Of a stretch of 64,000 nt of DNA, positions 38,298-52,100 are shown piece after piece. The notes beneath the pieces are model-generated. The model searched no databases. It saw only the letters and a list, made by a program, of their open reading frames with translations, and was not told where the DNA came from. The DNA is taken from the NCBI GenBank assembly GCA_900617105.1, contig UYFQ01000539.1:1-64000 (forward strand), read 5' to 3'. The translations under genes were made by a program, and so were the position numbers. Numbering within the stretch: position 1 is the first letter of the stretch; the number at the start of each line of letters is the position of its first letter. Origin of the DNA: Hydrurus foetidus. Lineage: Eukaryota.

Positions 38298-39062
38298 TTC
38301 TGTGATTATCTGATACAGTTTCACCAGGGGAAATGAATGCGAATCTCAAAGTGCAGTGGAGAACAGAAGAGGTGATCAGGCCTCAACGAGTTCTAGCGGA
38401 TCCACGTTTGGCAATGAAAATGAGGGTTGCATGGAGCACAGAGCATCGCTGATCTCAACTCTTGATCCGATCGATCGATCTTCGAAGTTCTTCAATCTGG
38501 CACACGTACGTCGTACGTACTCCTACATTCACATATGTGAGGGAACAAGAACAGAATGATTCAAAAAGTTCGATGAGGTAAGTGATCAATTTAATTGGAA
38601 AATGTAGGGTAGAGAGTTTTACATACCAACTGATTCCATGAGATTAGGGTCGATTGGATGCGCAGTTATTGATTCTTGAATATCATCATGTAATTGCATT
38701 AGTCTCTACTCCATCAATGGTTTGAAATTAAAATTCTAATCAGCATTAAGAAAATTTCCAATTGACACTCTCGGAAGCACCGAAATCTTCCGATGGGTCC
38801 GATTGAATGTAGTTGTAGTTATATCTACCTTGCTGTCAAAGTCGAAAATTCTGGGATCGCAGATCAGAACAGAGGTCGAAGTTCCGGTTGAACCGAACGT
38901 TGAACGTTCTTGTGGTTCCAGTTCCGAGTTCTGTATGATCGGATCGATTGTCTTCTCTTCTCTGATTGCAGCAGCAAACCGATTGTTTGCACACTAATCC
39001 TCAATAGCATAACACCTGCCAAAGGTTTCTGAGTTTAGCGTGTGGAGAGGCGGTTGTGAGAG

Positions 39063-42000
39063 ATGTTTCGACTTCCGCTTCGACGGCCGAAGCTCCTTCA
39101 ATCGGTTCTCTCAAAAGCTTCGTCAACAATTATTTACTCGACTGTGAATCAGCCTTCAAAGCTGGGCCAGGGACTCAGCAAATATGGGGTGAATCTCTCC
39201 AAGTATGCAGCCGATGGGAAATTGGATCCAGGTTGCCACATCAGCTGATATCCGTGGCCGCTCATGAAGATAACACTTCAGTTTATCACAAGATTGTAAC
39301 TTTCTCTTCACGTCATCTCGAACATGATAGTTATCGGGAGGGATGAGGAAATTGAAAGAGCCATTCAAGTTTTATCGAGGAGAACGAAGAACAATCCATG
39401 CCTCATTGGGGAACCTGGGGTGTGTACGATATGACTTATGATTTTTTGTAATGGAAGACATAAAAACCTTTTGAAGAAGTGTTGCACAACTTGGCGTCAT
39501 AATACGAATCACTGAACTAAAACAGCCCAAAACGATGAATTTTTAGTACGGATGAATCGGAAATGTGTTACTGAGATCATTGAGTTCTCATGCTACGTGT
39601 AAACCGATCATTAGGTCGGGAAAACTGCCATTGCAGAAGGTTTAGCATTGAGAATATTCAATGGTGACGTACCAGAATCTATGAAGAACAAGATGGTCAT
39701 CAGTCTTGACATGGCATCTGTTCTAGCAGGTACCTAATTTTGAAGTTATTGTGAGAAATACTGCTGTATTGCTCATTTTAACTTGAAAAGTGTGCTTTTT
39801 CCTATCAACTTGCAGCACATTTAGAAAGTGATAAATCCACTCTGCTGTACACTTCGAATCTCTACTGGCAACCTTTCTTATCAGAGCATCTCTCATCAAA
39901 CGATTGTTTTAGGAGCGAAATTTCGCGGAGAATTTGAGGACAGATTAAAAGGAATTTTAAAAGAAATAGAACAATCCGGTGACAGAATTATTTTATTCGT
40001 TGATGAAATACACACAATAGTGGGAGCAGGATCAGCTGAGGGCGCGGTAGATGCAAGTAACATTTTGAAACCCCCATTGGCGAGAGGAGAATTAAGGTGT
40101 TTATTGCCGATTTTGTTGTATGACATGTATTATTGCGTTATGATTATCCAGTTAGGGTTTGTCATGAAAGTTTACAATTTTCATGATTTGCTGTATAGAG
40201 CTGTAAATTTAGATACCCAATAGCTTTCGACCATGACCTCCTCTTATGGGTGCATGGAAATAATTATGTCCACTTTAATATCTGCAATTTTTCTTATATT
40301 TAGTTATTCTGATATTTTTCTTTTTATTCAATAGATGCATGGGCGCCACAACAATTGAAGAATATCGAAAATACATTGAGAAAGACACAGCACTGGCGAG
40401 ACGATTTCAAGTACGTATTAATCTTATTTTACATCTTACTTCAATCAAATTTAAGAAAATTTACTTATTCTGATTAACTTACGCAACACACTCTCTTCAT
40501 TAATCTTATTTTCTGTTTATTACAGCCAATAAATGTGCCTGAACCCACACAGGAGGTGGCTGTATCTATTTTAAAAGGTAACTAAATATCTGATCAGATG
40601 CGTTATTTTTACAAGAACAATATTTTTAGTTTTCATAACTTTCACCACCTTTCCTACCATTACTTTTATTGTATTCAAAATGATCCGACAGGTCTGCGTA
40701 GTAGATATGAGTTGCATCACGGAGTCACTATAACGGATGAAGCCCTCACCACTGCAGTAGAGCTCTCTACCAGATATATACCAGACAGGAGACTGCCTGA
40801 CAAGGTATGTATTGGAATATAAATGTCTACTCAATTATCGACTTAGCGACTAAGTTAAAGAGATGAAATTGTTAACTAGGATGAAAATTGAGATAATTGT
40901 ATGTGTGTGAGGAAGGGGGTCAGGGCCAGGACTCAGAACAAGAATCATTCTGATCTGCTCCGATTTCATCCTATTTAATGCATCCACAATTTCACATTCC
41001 CGCTACTGGTTCACTTTCGATTTCTTGACTATCTTTGGCTTGGTATCATTATCACACTTAAGATTATTTTACGTTTACCATGACTTCGCATAACGTGACA
41101 CACAAAATGATATCATTTTTATTATTACTTTTGAATGCAGGCGATTGACATCATCGATGAAGCTGCGTCTCGACTAAGAATGAGAATAGAAAGTACACCA
41201 ATACTAATCAAAAACATTGAAAATGAAATATCTATGTTGAGGAAAAAAGAATCAACTGCAGAATATGTCAAACTTAACAATGTAAATAATTCTAGTAATA
41301 AAACATTTCAACCAAATCAAAATCAAGAAATAAAAATCGAAAAAAATGACGTTGAGAATTCACCTTCTCCGTCTCCATTTATTTCATCAACACTAGTAAG
41401 CAACATCGAGGCAGCTCTCTTCTCCACCTCCTCCTCTACCTCGAACACTACCTCTTCTCCAACTTTTATTTCTTCGGCTGAAATTAATGAAAGTGCTAAG
41501 TTGGACCTAGAACCAAATCTGGAATCTGCCGAATATGTGGCACCAGTTTCTACGGAAATGGGCGAATTTCTGTCAAAAAGAAATGAGCTTACAACGGATT
41601 GGAATGGAATTCGGACGAAGTTAAGCAATATCAACAAAATTCGTCATTTTATTGAAACATTGAAAATAACGTTAAAATCCGCTATAAAAGCAGGAAATTA
41701 TTCTAAAGTTGAATCAATTGAAAGATTTGAAATACCAAATAAAGAGAAGGAAATGGCAAATATTTTTTCCTCAATTCCCACTAGTTCTCCTTTTTACTAT
41801 TTATGTGACACTGTAACTGCCGGAGAAGTTGCCAATATCTTAGCTAAAAATACTGGAATTCCTATGGGGAATTTACTGGAAGGTACTTATTACTATTATT
41901 TACCTATGGAGAAATAACTGTGCTTCATTGATTCTTCAAGTCTCTTATGTTATTGTGTGTAAAAAGAATGTGTATTGTTATTTACAATAAGAACTGTGTT

Positions 42001-45000
42001 ATCGTTCACCAGAAGAACAAACAAAAAGAATGGAATTCATAAATTACGTTTAATACAATTTATTAAAACGTATTTCAATATCATTTATACTTCTCACAGC
42101 TTTTATATTGATATCTATTTTTCTACAGGGGAAAGACGTAGTCTGTTAGACATGGAAGTTCAACTCCAAAAACGAGTCAAAGGGCAAGAAGATGCTATCT
42201 CATCCATATGCAAGGTAAGTAATTTCCGAGCAAATCTGATACATTAAATTCTGCATATACAATGCAGTTTATCACACAACTCTTCCATTTCATATCATGT
42301 CATATCATGACCCGCACCACTGAACTATACAGCAGACCACTCACCACGTACCAAATCAATTGACACTACCCACGGCGATACACATCTATTCATCTATCAT
42401 TCTATCTATCTTCTTTTCTTCACTCCCTCATTTTTTCTCTTCCTACCTCTTTCCCTCTACCTACCTGTCTACTTCACATTCTATATTGCATTCCAGTGCA
42501 TAAGATTGTCCCGTGCTGGACTGAGATATCACGACAGACCTTTGGGGGTGTTCCTCATGATCGGACCCACAGGAGTAGGTGAGTCAGTCTTATATTTTCT
42601 CTTTAACTCTGAATCCTACTGTCGCTTCATTTCAACTCAGAACGATCTGTGTGAGAGGGTCGATTGAGAGGGAGGAAAGAGGAGGGAGGTTTAGAGGAAA
42701 AGGAAGAAAGGAACTTTTTTACTGTTTTGTTCGAATATTTCAACACTAAATTTCTAACACTTCTCTTCTTCCTCTCCTTTTCTTCCCCCCATTTTTCCGT
42801 AGGGAAGACTGAGCTCGCTAAGGCTCTTGCTGATTATCTTTTCCAGGACTCTTCCAGCATGGTCACCTGCTTATTTGATAAGTCCACTATCTAATCTCTT
42901 CTCCCCGCTTCTACACCATTCATACATCTTCTTGAAGTGAGATGATTCTTCTCTCTCTTCTCTCTTTCTTTCTTTCTCTTCTCGGAGGTCATTCCGTCAA
43001 GACGACCGGTCTCTTCTTCGGTAACTTCATTATAATTGAATTTCTATCTGTCTTTTTATTTGATTATTTTTTTCTTTCTTATCTTCCAACCAACTTTCTT
43101 TATCTATCCTTGTTTCATCTCCTCGTCTTTTCCCCTCTTATATTCTCTCATTCCCCTTCTCTCACATGCATCACATTTCATCTCACAGTTATGTGGGATA
43201 CGAAGAGGGCGGTCTACTCACAGAAGCCGTTCTTAGAAAACCGTATACCATAATCCTTCTGGACGAATTCGAAAAAGCACACAGGAGTATTAGCAATCTT
43301 CTTCTTCAAGGTAATAACTTATTCCACCTTCTTTCACAATCCTTTCCTGACCTTATTTCAAATTCGGTCAACTATTGCCACTTTTCGATTCTTTCTTCGC
43401 ATTGACAATGTATTAACGTCACTTCTATTCCATATTCTTTTTTCACATTTATTCTTATTCGTTTCTTTATTTCTGTGAACAGTTTTTGACGAAGGAAGAT
43501 TATCTGATTCGCATGGCAGAGTGGCAGATTTCAGAAATACCGTTATAATAATGACTTCAAATCTTGGCCAACAAGAATTACGAGAATTACGTTTAACAAA
43601 CGAACGCAAAGAAATGCAGGAAAAAAGTGCACTTTCAGAATCTGCACAATCAAATTCACAGGGAGGTAGTGGAAAAGGTAGTGCAAGAAGCAGTGGAAAA
43701 GGTAGAGGTAGAGGTGGGGAAGGTGCAGAAGTTCGGATTGGAGAAGATGAGGTTGATGAAGCATTGATGTTAAGAGATCAGTCATACGAAGCATTGAAAA
43801 ACGAAATCATGCAATCTGTGCCAGAGAGCGCAAACGAAATAGATGGAGAAACTGAGGAAAACAACAGTAGTGAAAAAAAAGAAAAAAGTGAAGAAGTTAT
43901 CAACGATATGACATTAGAATTAGTAAATAAATATTTTTCATTAGAGTTTGTAAACCGTATAGATGAAGTTATTATGTTCAACCCTTTGGGGATGGAATCT
44001 GTACGTTCTATTTGTGCAGTTCAAATTTCAAAAGTTAAATCGCTATTGGTCGGAAGAGGTATGTTTCTTAATTTTTCAAGCAATTAATGATGTATTTACT
44101 TTTTATTTATTTGATTTTATTCTTGCTTTTTTTCTTTTTATTATCCATTGATTCTCACATGCGGAATTTCCTTGGCCGATTTTCCATTTATTTCATATAT
44201 CCCTTTTTCATTCGTTTTAATCTTCTTCGCTTTACTCTTTGTTTGTTCTAGAACATTCCGTCAATTTACATCCAGGCAAATTCATATAATGATTGCATAA
44301 TTGATTATCATAATTCAAAATCTAAAAGATACCTACGACTACATTTGACACTAAGTCATATGTGAGTACAAAAAATCACTTCATAACATCAACATAACGT
44401 AACATAACATTACTTATAAAATAGACATAAAAGTAACCGTCACACCGAGTGCAGAGGACTGGTTAGCTAGAAGCGGATTCAATCCTCAATTCGGCGCCAG
44501 ACCACTGAAAAGACTCATACAAAGCAAATTGCTGGACCCCCTTGCAACGATGATATTAGAGGTGCGTGCGTACATGTTATTCTCAAATGATGTTATCCAC
44601 TTAGTTTCTCCCGAGTGTGGACAGACATCAATGATACGATGCATGTGAGAAAATTAATTATTACGTATGAAATATTGTCCAAATCTGGAAACTACAGAAT
44701 CACATTGTCAAAGGAGATCAAATCATCGTTTCGTCTAGCGAAGACTCGTTGAATGTTCTTGAAGAACATTCCTCAGCTATAGAATTGGTAGTAGAACCTT
44801 CTAAGAAAGAAAGTAAAATGTACAACAGTTTACATAGCACAACAGACAGTGAAGGTACGCATTGTTTTATTGATTTTAAATTTGATTTGTCTCTTATCTT
44901 TTCAATAGAACACTTTTTATTTTTCTCGTTTTGCATTATTTTTTCCCTCTAGAAGAATCTTCCTATACAAAATTTTCGATTATTACATTTTGTTCTTCCT

Positions 45001-45187
45001 TTATTTTTCCTCTTTTTTTTTTTCCTCTTTTTCTATCTTAAACTAATTTTTCTTTCTCCTTTTTTGCCACAGTCAAATTAACTCTGAAATTTTGGGTCGT
45101 GAAGCCTTGAAAATAGTACTGGACTCAAAATCTGAAAACCAAGCCCCTACTCCCTCATCAGATAGAATCATGCTTTTTGGAGTCTGA
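39063..45187 (+). CDS. clpB: ClpB/Hsp100 disaggregase without N-domain, probably mitochondrial (Hsp78-like), multi-exon
   Basis: Arg/Leu/Ser-rich leader, then [76 protein letters not shown] and FGARPLKR. Confidence 0.93.
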
Positions 45188-45778
45188 TCAGTCTTTCATT
45201 TACTTCAACCACATTCTGCCTCATTTAGTGTCAATATCGTTGGCGTTCTTTCCAGTTAATCTTTTTTCTTTTGAACTTCGCTGGAGATCGCGGTATGTTT
45301 TTATTGAAATCGGTCTGCGCAGCTGTTTTGTGGGGTTCGGATAAAAAATTAATTTCCCCCGTGCAGAGGTGGGTAAAAATGACGGGTGCATAAACGGCAA
45401 TATGAAAATACTGATAATATAGTCTCACGTATCAGAAATCAGAAGTCGTCAAAGGGATGAAATTTCCATGACAGCAGGGCCAAATGGTGCACAAAGGTAA
45501 TCCTCTATACGGAATTAGGTTCCTATTTCTGCATATTTAGTACCACATTAATCGAGAACTTATCAACGAACCATCTCATCGTTTTGGAAGGATGTGTGAA
45601 GTGTGAGGGATGTGTTCGTCTCCACAGTTCACACGTAGGATAGAAGATTACATGGTGGTAACCAGAAGTCTCCTCGGAAAGATTTCGTGAGGCTCGGAGG
45701 GAGGCATTCTATTGCAAAGCTGCAGTAAGATAATATTCAACAACTCAAGCAAGTTTGCTTACGGCACTCTTCTCGGAA

Positions 45779-45985
45779 ATGTTTAGCATGAAGAAACACT
45801 TTTCATCGGCTACCAGGAGACGGATGAGGCATATTGTCCCCCTGATCGTAGCTGCATCATATGTTGTATACTGTGTGAGGGATAGATTCGCCTTCCACTA
45901 CGAAAAGAAACAGGAGATTTTAGATGCGAAGGCCTTTGCTTTAAAGGAGAAGGAACAGCTGGATGCTTTAAACGCGAAAAGTTGA
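45779..45985 (+). CDS. Small hypothetical single-TM protein
   Basis: Basic N-terminus, one hydrophobic stretch (IVPLIVAASYVVY) and a charged helical tail. Confidence 0.35.
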   Translation: MFSMKKHFSSATRRRMRHIVPLIVAASYVVYCVRDRFAFHYEKKQEILDAKAFALKEKEQLDALNAKS

Positions 45986-46663
45986 CCGCACAAAACATTC
46001 TATAGTGCTCAGTGATGATACGCGACCGCCAGTACTACCATGAATCAGCGTATTACATGGGGTCGAGTCTCCCAGAGGTGATCGACTATGGGGTTCTTAC
46101 CTTGAAGATCCGTGCGGAGCTCTAATGACTAGGATTCTGCGATCAGAATATTGGGGAACAACAGGGCACCCGCTATCGACGAAGTTAACCGTCTCTATTG
46201 CACATTTCGTAATTGGAATTCATGGGTAAAACCGCATTGTTCACTAGGAGAAATGACACCGCATTTTGAAAACTATCGTCATCGTATACTAGCTCAGCTC
46301 TGGCAAAAGTTTCAGAAGCTCCACGCACCATAATTAAATAACTTCACCGCCAATAATTGTGACTTCCTTGTGCTTGACTCTAATATCCGAGTCTGTGATC
46401 CTTTGCGTGTTCGAAAAGCGTGGAGTTTCACAAGTCTCTGCAAGATACGTTAATGCGACCGACATTTATTATACACAAAGAGTGGGGTGAAAAGAATGTA
46501 TGCGGCAGTCCAACGGAACATGGTGTTGCCCTCGCTTCATTAGAAACTTTTTGTTCTCATGTGCAAGTGCTCTGTATGTTCAAGTGTAAAAATTTCCATT
46601 TTTTCCAATATTTCTTGTGGTGATATGTGTTGCTCTATTCACTCTATTTAGTGTGTGCTCTAT

Positions 46664-47899
46664 CTATGCGGTTGCCATGGAGTTCGCGACTGCTGGTACG
46701 GGCTGTACAGACTCAGGCGCAACGCCCTTGTGTACGTGCACTTGTCTCCATCTACTGTCGAACAGCTGCCATATCCTGGTCTCCTCAAATTTAGTACTAG
46801 TGCTTGATATTTCTGATTCTATTGTTTTCGTCACTCTGACGTAGCTGATGACTGCTGATCGTCCCATTACGCGTACTACTGGATTCTCCGCTGCTAATTC
46901 TGTCGTGTCATCATTGTGTGATGATGCGGTTGGCGCGAAGTCGGAAAAGAATTTGTGATGATTCAGACCTTCAACAAGACTTCCCTACAAAAAGAAAATA
47001 GAATAGATGAGGGATAAGAAATTGCTTAACGGTGCTGATAGGAGTGTCGGATTAATTTCCAGCTGAAGCAGAATTTTTTATACCTTTGATTCTGTGTCGA
47101 AAGCAGTTAGAGATGGATCGCACATGTCAGAATAAGTCTCCCAATCCTTGTTGGAGATTGCTTTTAGTAATTCTGTAGTTAGATCTTTAATTTCTTTCTC
47201 GATGAAAGGCACCACGGCCGCCTTCATATCAAGAAACACTTTCTCAACTGGCTGGTCACCGCTGATGCGCAGTAGCTTATTCTTTGACTCAAAGTACGCT
47301 ACAACAGGCATAGTTGCTTCCTTGAAAGTTGCGAATCTCTTCTTCGCAGTTTCAATGTTGTCATCAGATCTCCCTTCTCCCCTTGAGAGCAATCGTCTTT
47401 GCAGTTCTTCCTCAGGGCAATCGATGAACATCACACCTTCGACATCGCACACCTCTGTCATGCAATTTTCCCAGCCTCTTACATTATCGAAGTTGCGAGG
47501 GAAGCCATCCACAAGAAATCTGTTGCACTGGATGCTTTCCATCTTTTCGCGCAAAAGATCAAGCGTTATTTGAACGGGAACAATTTTTCCTTCTTTCAAA
47601 TATGTGGAAATTAGTTGGCCATTTTTCGATCCGGTAACAATTTCTTCTCTTAGTAATTCACCCGCTGAAAGATGCTTCATGCCATACTCGTTAGAAAGTT
47701 TAATACACTGCGTGCCTTTCCCGGCTGCTGGACCGCCCAAGACAAATAAGACTTTTGGAACGCTTTTGCTGATCATGGTCATGAGTCGCGAAAGAGTGCG
47801 GGTTCTGACCATATTATTTGGTTTGGTCATCAACGAGTTGACCAATGGACTCCGGTATATGAGACCAATCATTATTACAAATTGGGTTACGCGATTCAT
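46664..47899 (-). CDS. UMP-CMP kinase (adenylate kinase family) fused to a CaMKII association(hub)-like domain; exons 47899-47084 and 46984-46664
   Basis: Kinase motifs GGPAAGKGTQC, HLSAGELLR, LVDGFPRN and RSDDN. Then DWETYSDMCDPSLTAFD-GSLVEGLNHHKF-PVVRVMG-AVISYVRV-EETRIW-WRQVHVH. 99-nt phase-0 GT-AG intron. Confidence 0.9.
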
Positions 47900-49129
47900 T
47901 ACAACGGGCTGTATCGGAGAGACTTTAGATCGCTTGCAGAGTATTATAAGTGCAGTGGTTATTGGCGTTATTGTGCGCAGTGGGTAGTGCACTAGAAGTT
48001 CAATGGTAGTTCCGATCGATAATTCGATGTTGATGTCAGCGGAAGAAAACTCGAAACTTTGAATGGTTGGGTTGAGGCAGAAGAAAGTTCCACTCAAAAA
48101 GTCCGTCAACCGTTACAATTCAAGTACGTATGCGTATACGTATTTATCAGAAGAAACACGTTATTTAGGTCTAAATTGGCAAATTTAAAGCCGTGAATTT
48201 GCGAATTTTCAAATTTGACCATTATTTTGAGTGACTCTGCCAAAAAAAACCATATTATCCCCAACAGGCAACTGTGACGGCTATTTTAAGCCTTAGACCT
48301 GAGACCGTCTACACTTCTCTTCAATTTTGCTATCGGAAAATTATTGAGAATATTAAATGATGGGGTGTTTGATCGATGGCGAGGTCATCAGTGGACCTGT
48401 AATTGCAGACGATCCCACAATTTATTCCATGACGTATCGATTGTTGTGCTGGTGTTGCCTCCAACATAGTTTATAACATCACAATGCATGACATACAATG
48501 CATTAGAAGGGGTGATATGTCGCCCCCATGAGTCAACTGAGTATAGTGTTGCAGTGAAATTCGAGGATAAATTTCATTTCCATGCATTCATTAAAAATTC
48601 GACAATTGATCAATGTTATTTTGTTAGATATTGCAACGTAGGGCATGAATTCTTTAGAAAATCCTAATAGTAAAAATGAGAATAATTCAGCTGAGCTACT
48701 TCAACTGAATCACCTGGCGTTGGAGTATCATCCCGTGCTGTTTCCCAGATTACTGCATCTGTCCAATTCATAAAACATTACTGCTTTTTTGACATCTTAC
48801 CTTTTATAGAGGAAAATTGTAGAATCGCGATAGCGGCGGACGGTTTCTTCGCCTGCGAGAATAATTTCTATGCTGTAGTCAGAAATCAAAGATCAAAAAT
48901 CAAAGTCCTAAAATTACCAGGACTGTAGACTGATTCTAGTAGAGAACTTCTGCTCGAGTTGAGTTATCTCACGCGAGTCTTCACTTTTCACTTTTCAGTA
49001 TTCTATTCAGTGCTGCTTGATTTAAGCTACTCGCAGATTGCGTTCACACGACAACTGGTGAGGGCAGTCGATGCATCTTGCCATGTTGATGTTACGGTAG
49101 TCGTGCTACTGCATCGATTACGTTTACAG

Positions 49130-52100
49130 ATGGAGAATTATCATGAAAGACCTTCAAGCCCTGGAGTGGAAAAAATAATGTTAGATTTCTATGCTAGCGA
49201 TGACGATTCTGTGAGCGCCTCGGTAGCTTCAAAACGACGGCGTCATCCACTTACTCACTTGGTTGGCAAGAAGGACGTCTTTCCAGCAATTGCGCGGAAA
49301 GATCAAACAGCTGAGAAGATTAATGACAAACACTTCGCAGCCGACATGATACGTAGGACAGTATTCAACGACAGGACTGAAGTAGATCGGCCACATAACG
49401 TATCAACAATTGAGAATGAGATATCCAACAGAACGAGCCAGCGTCAGATGAAGGGTTTACAGCACACGCAATCGATGCAGAACATTATTCATCAAGTTAT
49501 GGTTGTCCACAACACTGTGACAGGTTACCACTATTCTAGAGAAACCACTCTTTTCTGAATTTGCGTGGAAAATTATGCTGCAAAGATTATAAGTGCTTAC
49601 CTGTGTGCAACAAATCGTTCCTAAGAATGCTGCTGAATATGTATGAGCAGTAACTTCTGCGTGTCTCTTACTGACTATTTTACACCGACTATTCCACATT
49701 ATATTCTGTTGCGGAACAGTACATCATGAAGCTATATTGAAATACAATGCCGTATCCCTCTTATAGATTTACATGAATTATTTCTTCCAACATGTGGTAC
49801 ACTTCACTATTCTCATAGATTTATATCTATCAATTAACTCCACATACGCAGTACTCTACTTCTTTACAAGTTCATCCATATAAATCATTTCCACATACTT
49901 GGTGCTGTGCAATTCTCATAGAATTGGGTGTATGAATCGCCCCCACAATATCCTATTATTTGTTAAATTGTACATATTAATTATCTCCGTATAGATGTCG
50001 TGAAGGAACTTTACCATCGGAAGGATCTTGGGTCAAAAGTTGAAATGGCGAATCAAGCGTACGTCTCTTTGTTCGAAAGAATGCTCGCTGAAGTTCTTCT
50101 GCTTCAAAGATCCAAATTTAATGTAGGTGACTGAACGGAAGATTTAATTCAATGCTCGTGATTATGGTGACTAGGTGAAGTTAAGGATTGACTGAGTAAT
50201 TATTTAATTGTTTATTTATCTGTTTGTTTATTTACTCATTCATTTTTTTATTCGTTTTTTTATTTATCTATTTATCTATTTATCTATTTAATTGTTTATT
50301 TATTCATTTATAAAATTACCAAGGTTCAAGCTAAAACTGTCGATGACTTAAGTTCACAATCAAGCATTCTCGTTAAAAAACTCGCAGAGACGAATTGCTC
50401 CCTAGACTGCACAAATGGTATGGCAAGTATTACGCGTTGTTTATTTTTGTGATACATCACATGGTATTACTTAACATGTGAAGTTCTTGATTTTTTCCAG
50501 AATTGTCTTTCCTATGAGTGGTGAGCCTCATTTTACCGGCATAATTACTTACACATTTTATTGTTTTTTATGGAATTGCATTTCAAAAAATGCATTATTG
50601 TTAAAGTTGGAGGTGTTTTTATTATTTTTTATTTTTTATAGTAGCTACCTGATATTCGAAAAAATTCTGAAGTTATCATAAATTGAAATTTTCCAACTTA
50701 TAAACCCTCCCCAGCATAACAAAGATGACACACGTTTCACAATCATGCGGCATATGGTGTGCATTGATGTGCAGTAGATAACATCAACTAATCTTATTTG
50801 AATAAAATATTATTATTCTATATTCAGCAAAAGTCACGAAATTAAATGATCACGAAAAAGAGTTAAACATACAAATTAGAAATCAGAGTGTCGAAATAAG
50901 TGAATTAAACAGTCAAATTGCATCACTCGAAAAAGTGAAAAAAGATTATATTTCAAGTTTATTAGATGCCAAAAAATCAAATGAACAATACAATGAAAGA
51001 CGAGCCGAATTAGAACGCAAGATTCGCGCGGAAGATAAAATCTCCCGGTTAAAAGAAATAACGGACGTACGGCAACAGTGGATACGTGATCAGTCTTTGG
51101 AACGAGATCACGAAATATTTAAACAAAGAAAAGCTATTGAAATAGCCATTACTGACAATGAAAACAAAAAGAATAATATGAAATTAAAAGAAATTCTGGC
51201 GAATTCTACGGATTTCAAAAGGCCGAAAAAAAGTAGTTCAAGTCAAACAGGTAAATTCTTTTGCTTAGGTATAATTTTATTTGAATGTTTTGCACTCGCG
51301 TTGACACATTCAAAGCTGTTCCAATATCTCCAAACGTACTCTATTGCATACGTACATACTATACACAATACAACATTACGCTCCACTATTTTACATTATG
51401 CTATTTACCAAGGCAGAATAAAATGTCCGATAAATATGAACGATTCCAAGGTGGAAATGAAATGGTGATTTCAACAGTGCTCAAGCTTGTTTTCGTTCCT
51501 CGTTTCCGACACTTTACTCAGTTTCGGTAGTACCATCCTCCACTAGACTATATTACGTGTTGCACACAGTCAGACACACCATTCTTCACTACAACTTCCA
51601 CAGAAATTCATCAACATCGTATTTCTATAAGTACATCCATATGTACGTACATACGTACTTACACATGTACGTACGTACGTTTTAGAGGTGACAGATGACG
51701 GATATTGGGATGTGAAGAAAGGATGGACGCTACCTGTGTCAGGATGTATATTGGCTAGAAATAGGTAACATTGATTATTTGTTGTGTTGTGTTGTGTTGT
51801 GTTGTGTTGTGTTGTGTTGTGTTGTGTTGTGTTGTGTTGTGTTGTGTTGTGTTGTGTTGTATTGTATTGTATTGTGTTGTATTGTGTTGTGTTGTATTGT
51901 GTTGTGTTGTGTTATACTGAATTTTATTGTTTAGTTTTTCATTTTGCCGTATTAACGGGTATGCTCTGTGATAGGCTCTTCCTGTTCCTCTTCCTCCCTC
52001 CCCTTTGCAGTGATATTCTATCCTATTCTATTGTGTACTTTCTTAAGTGTTATCATAAATCCAAGACCCTTCTCTTTCCCTCCTTGACTGGTATAATGTT

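Noticed and set aside
30560..39063. Head-to-head gene pairs as a functional cluster
   Set aside because: Divergent pairs are ordinary in compact eukaryotic genomes, and the products share no evident pathway
46005..46150. Possible C/D box snoRNA (GTGATGA)
   Set aside because: No suitably placed D box or terminal stem seen
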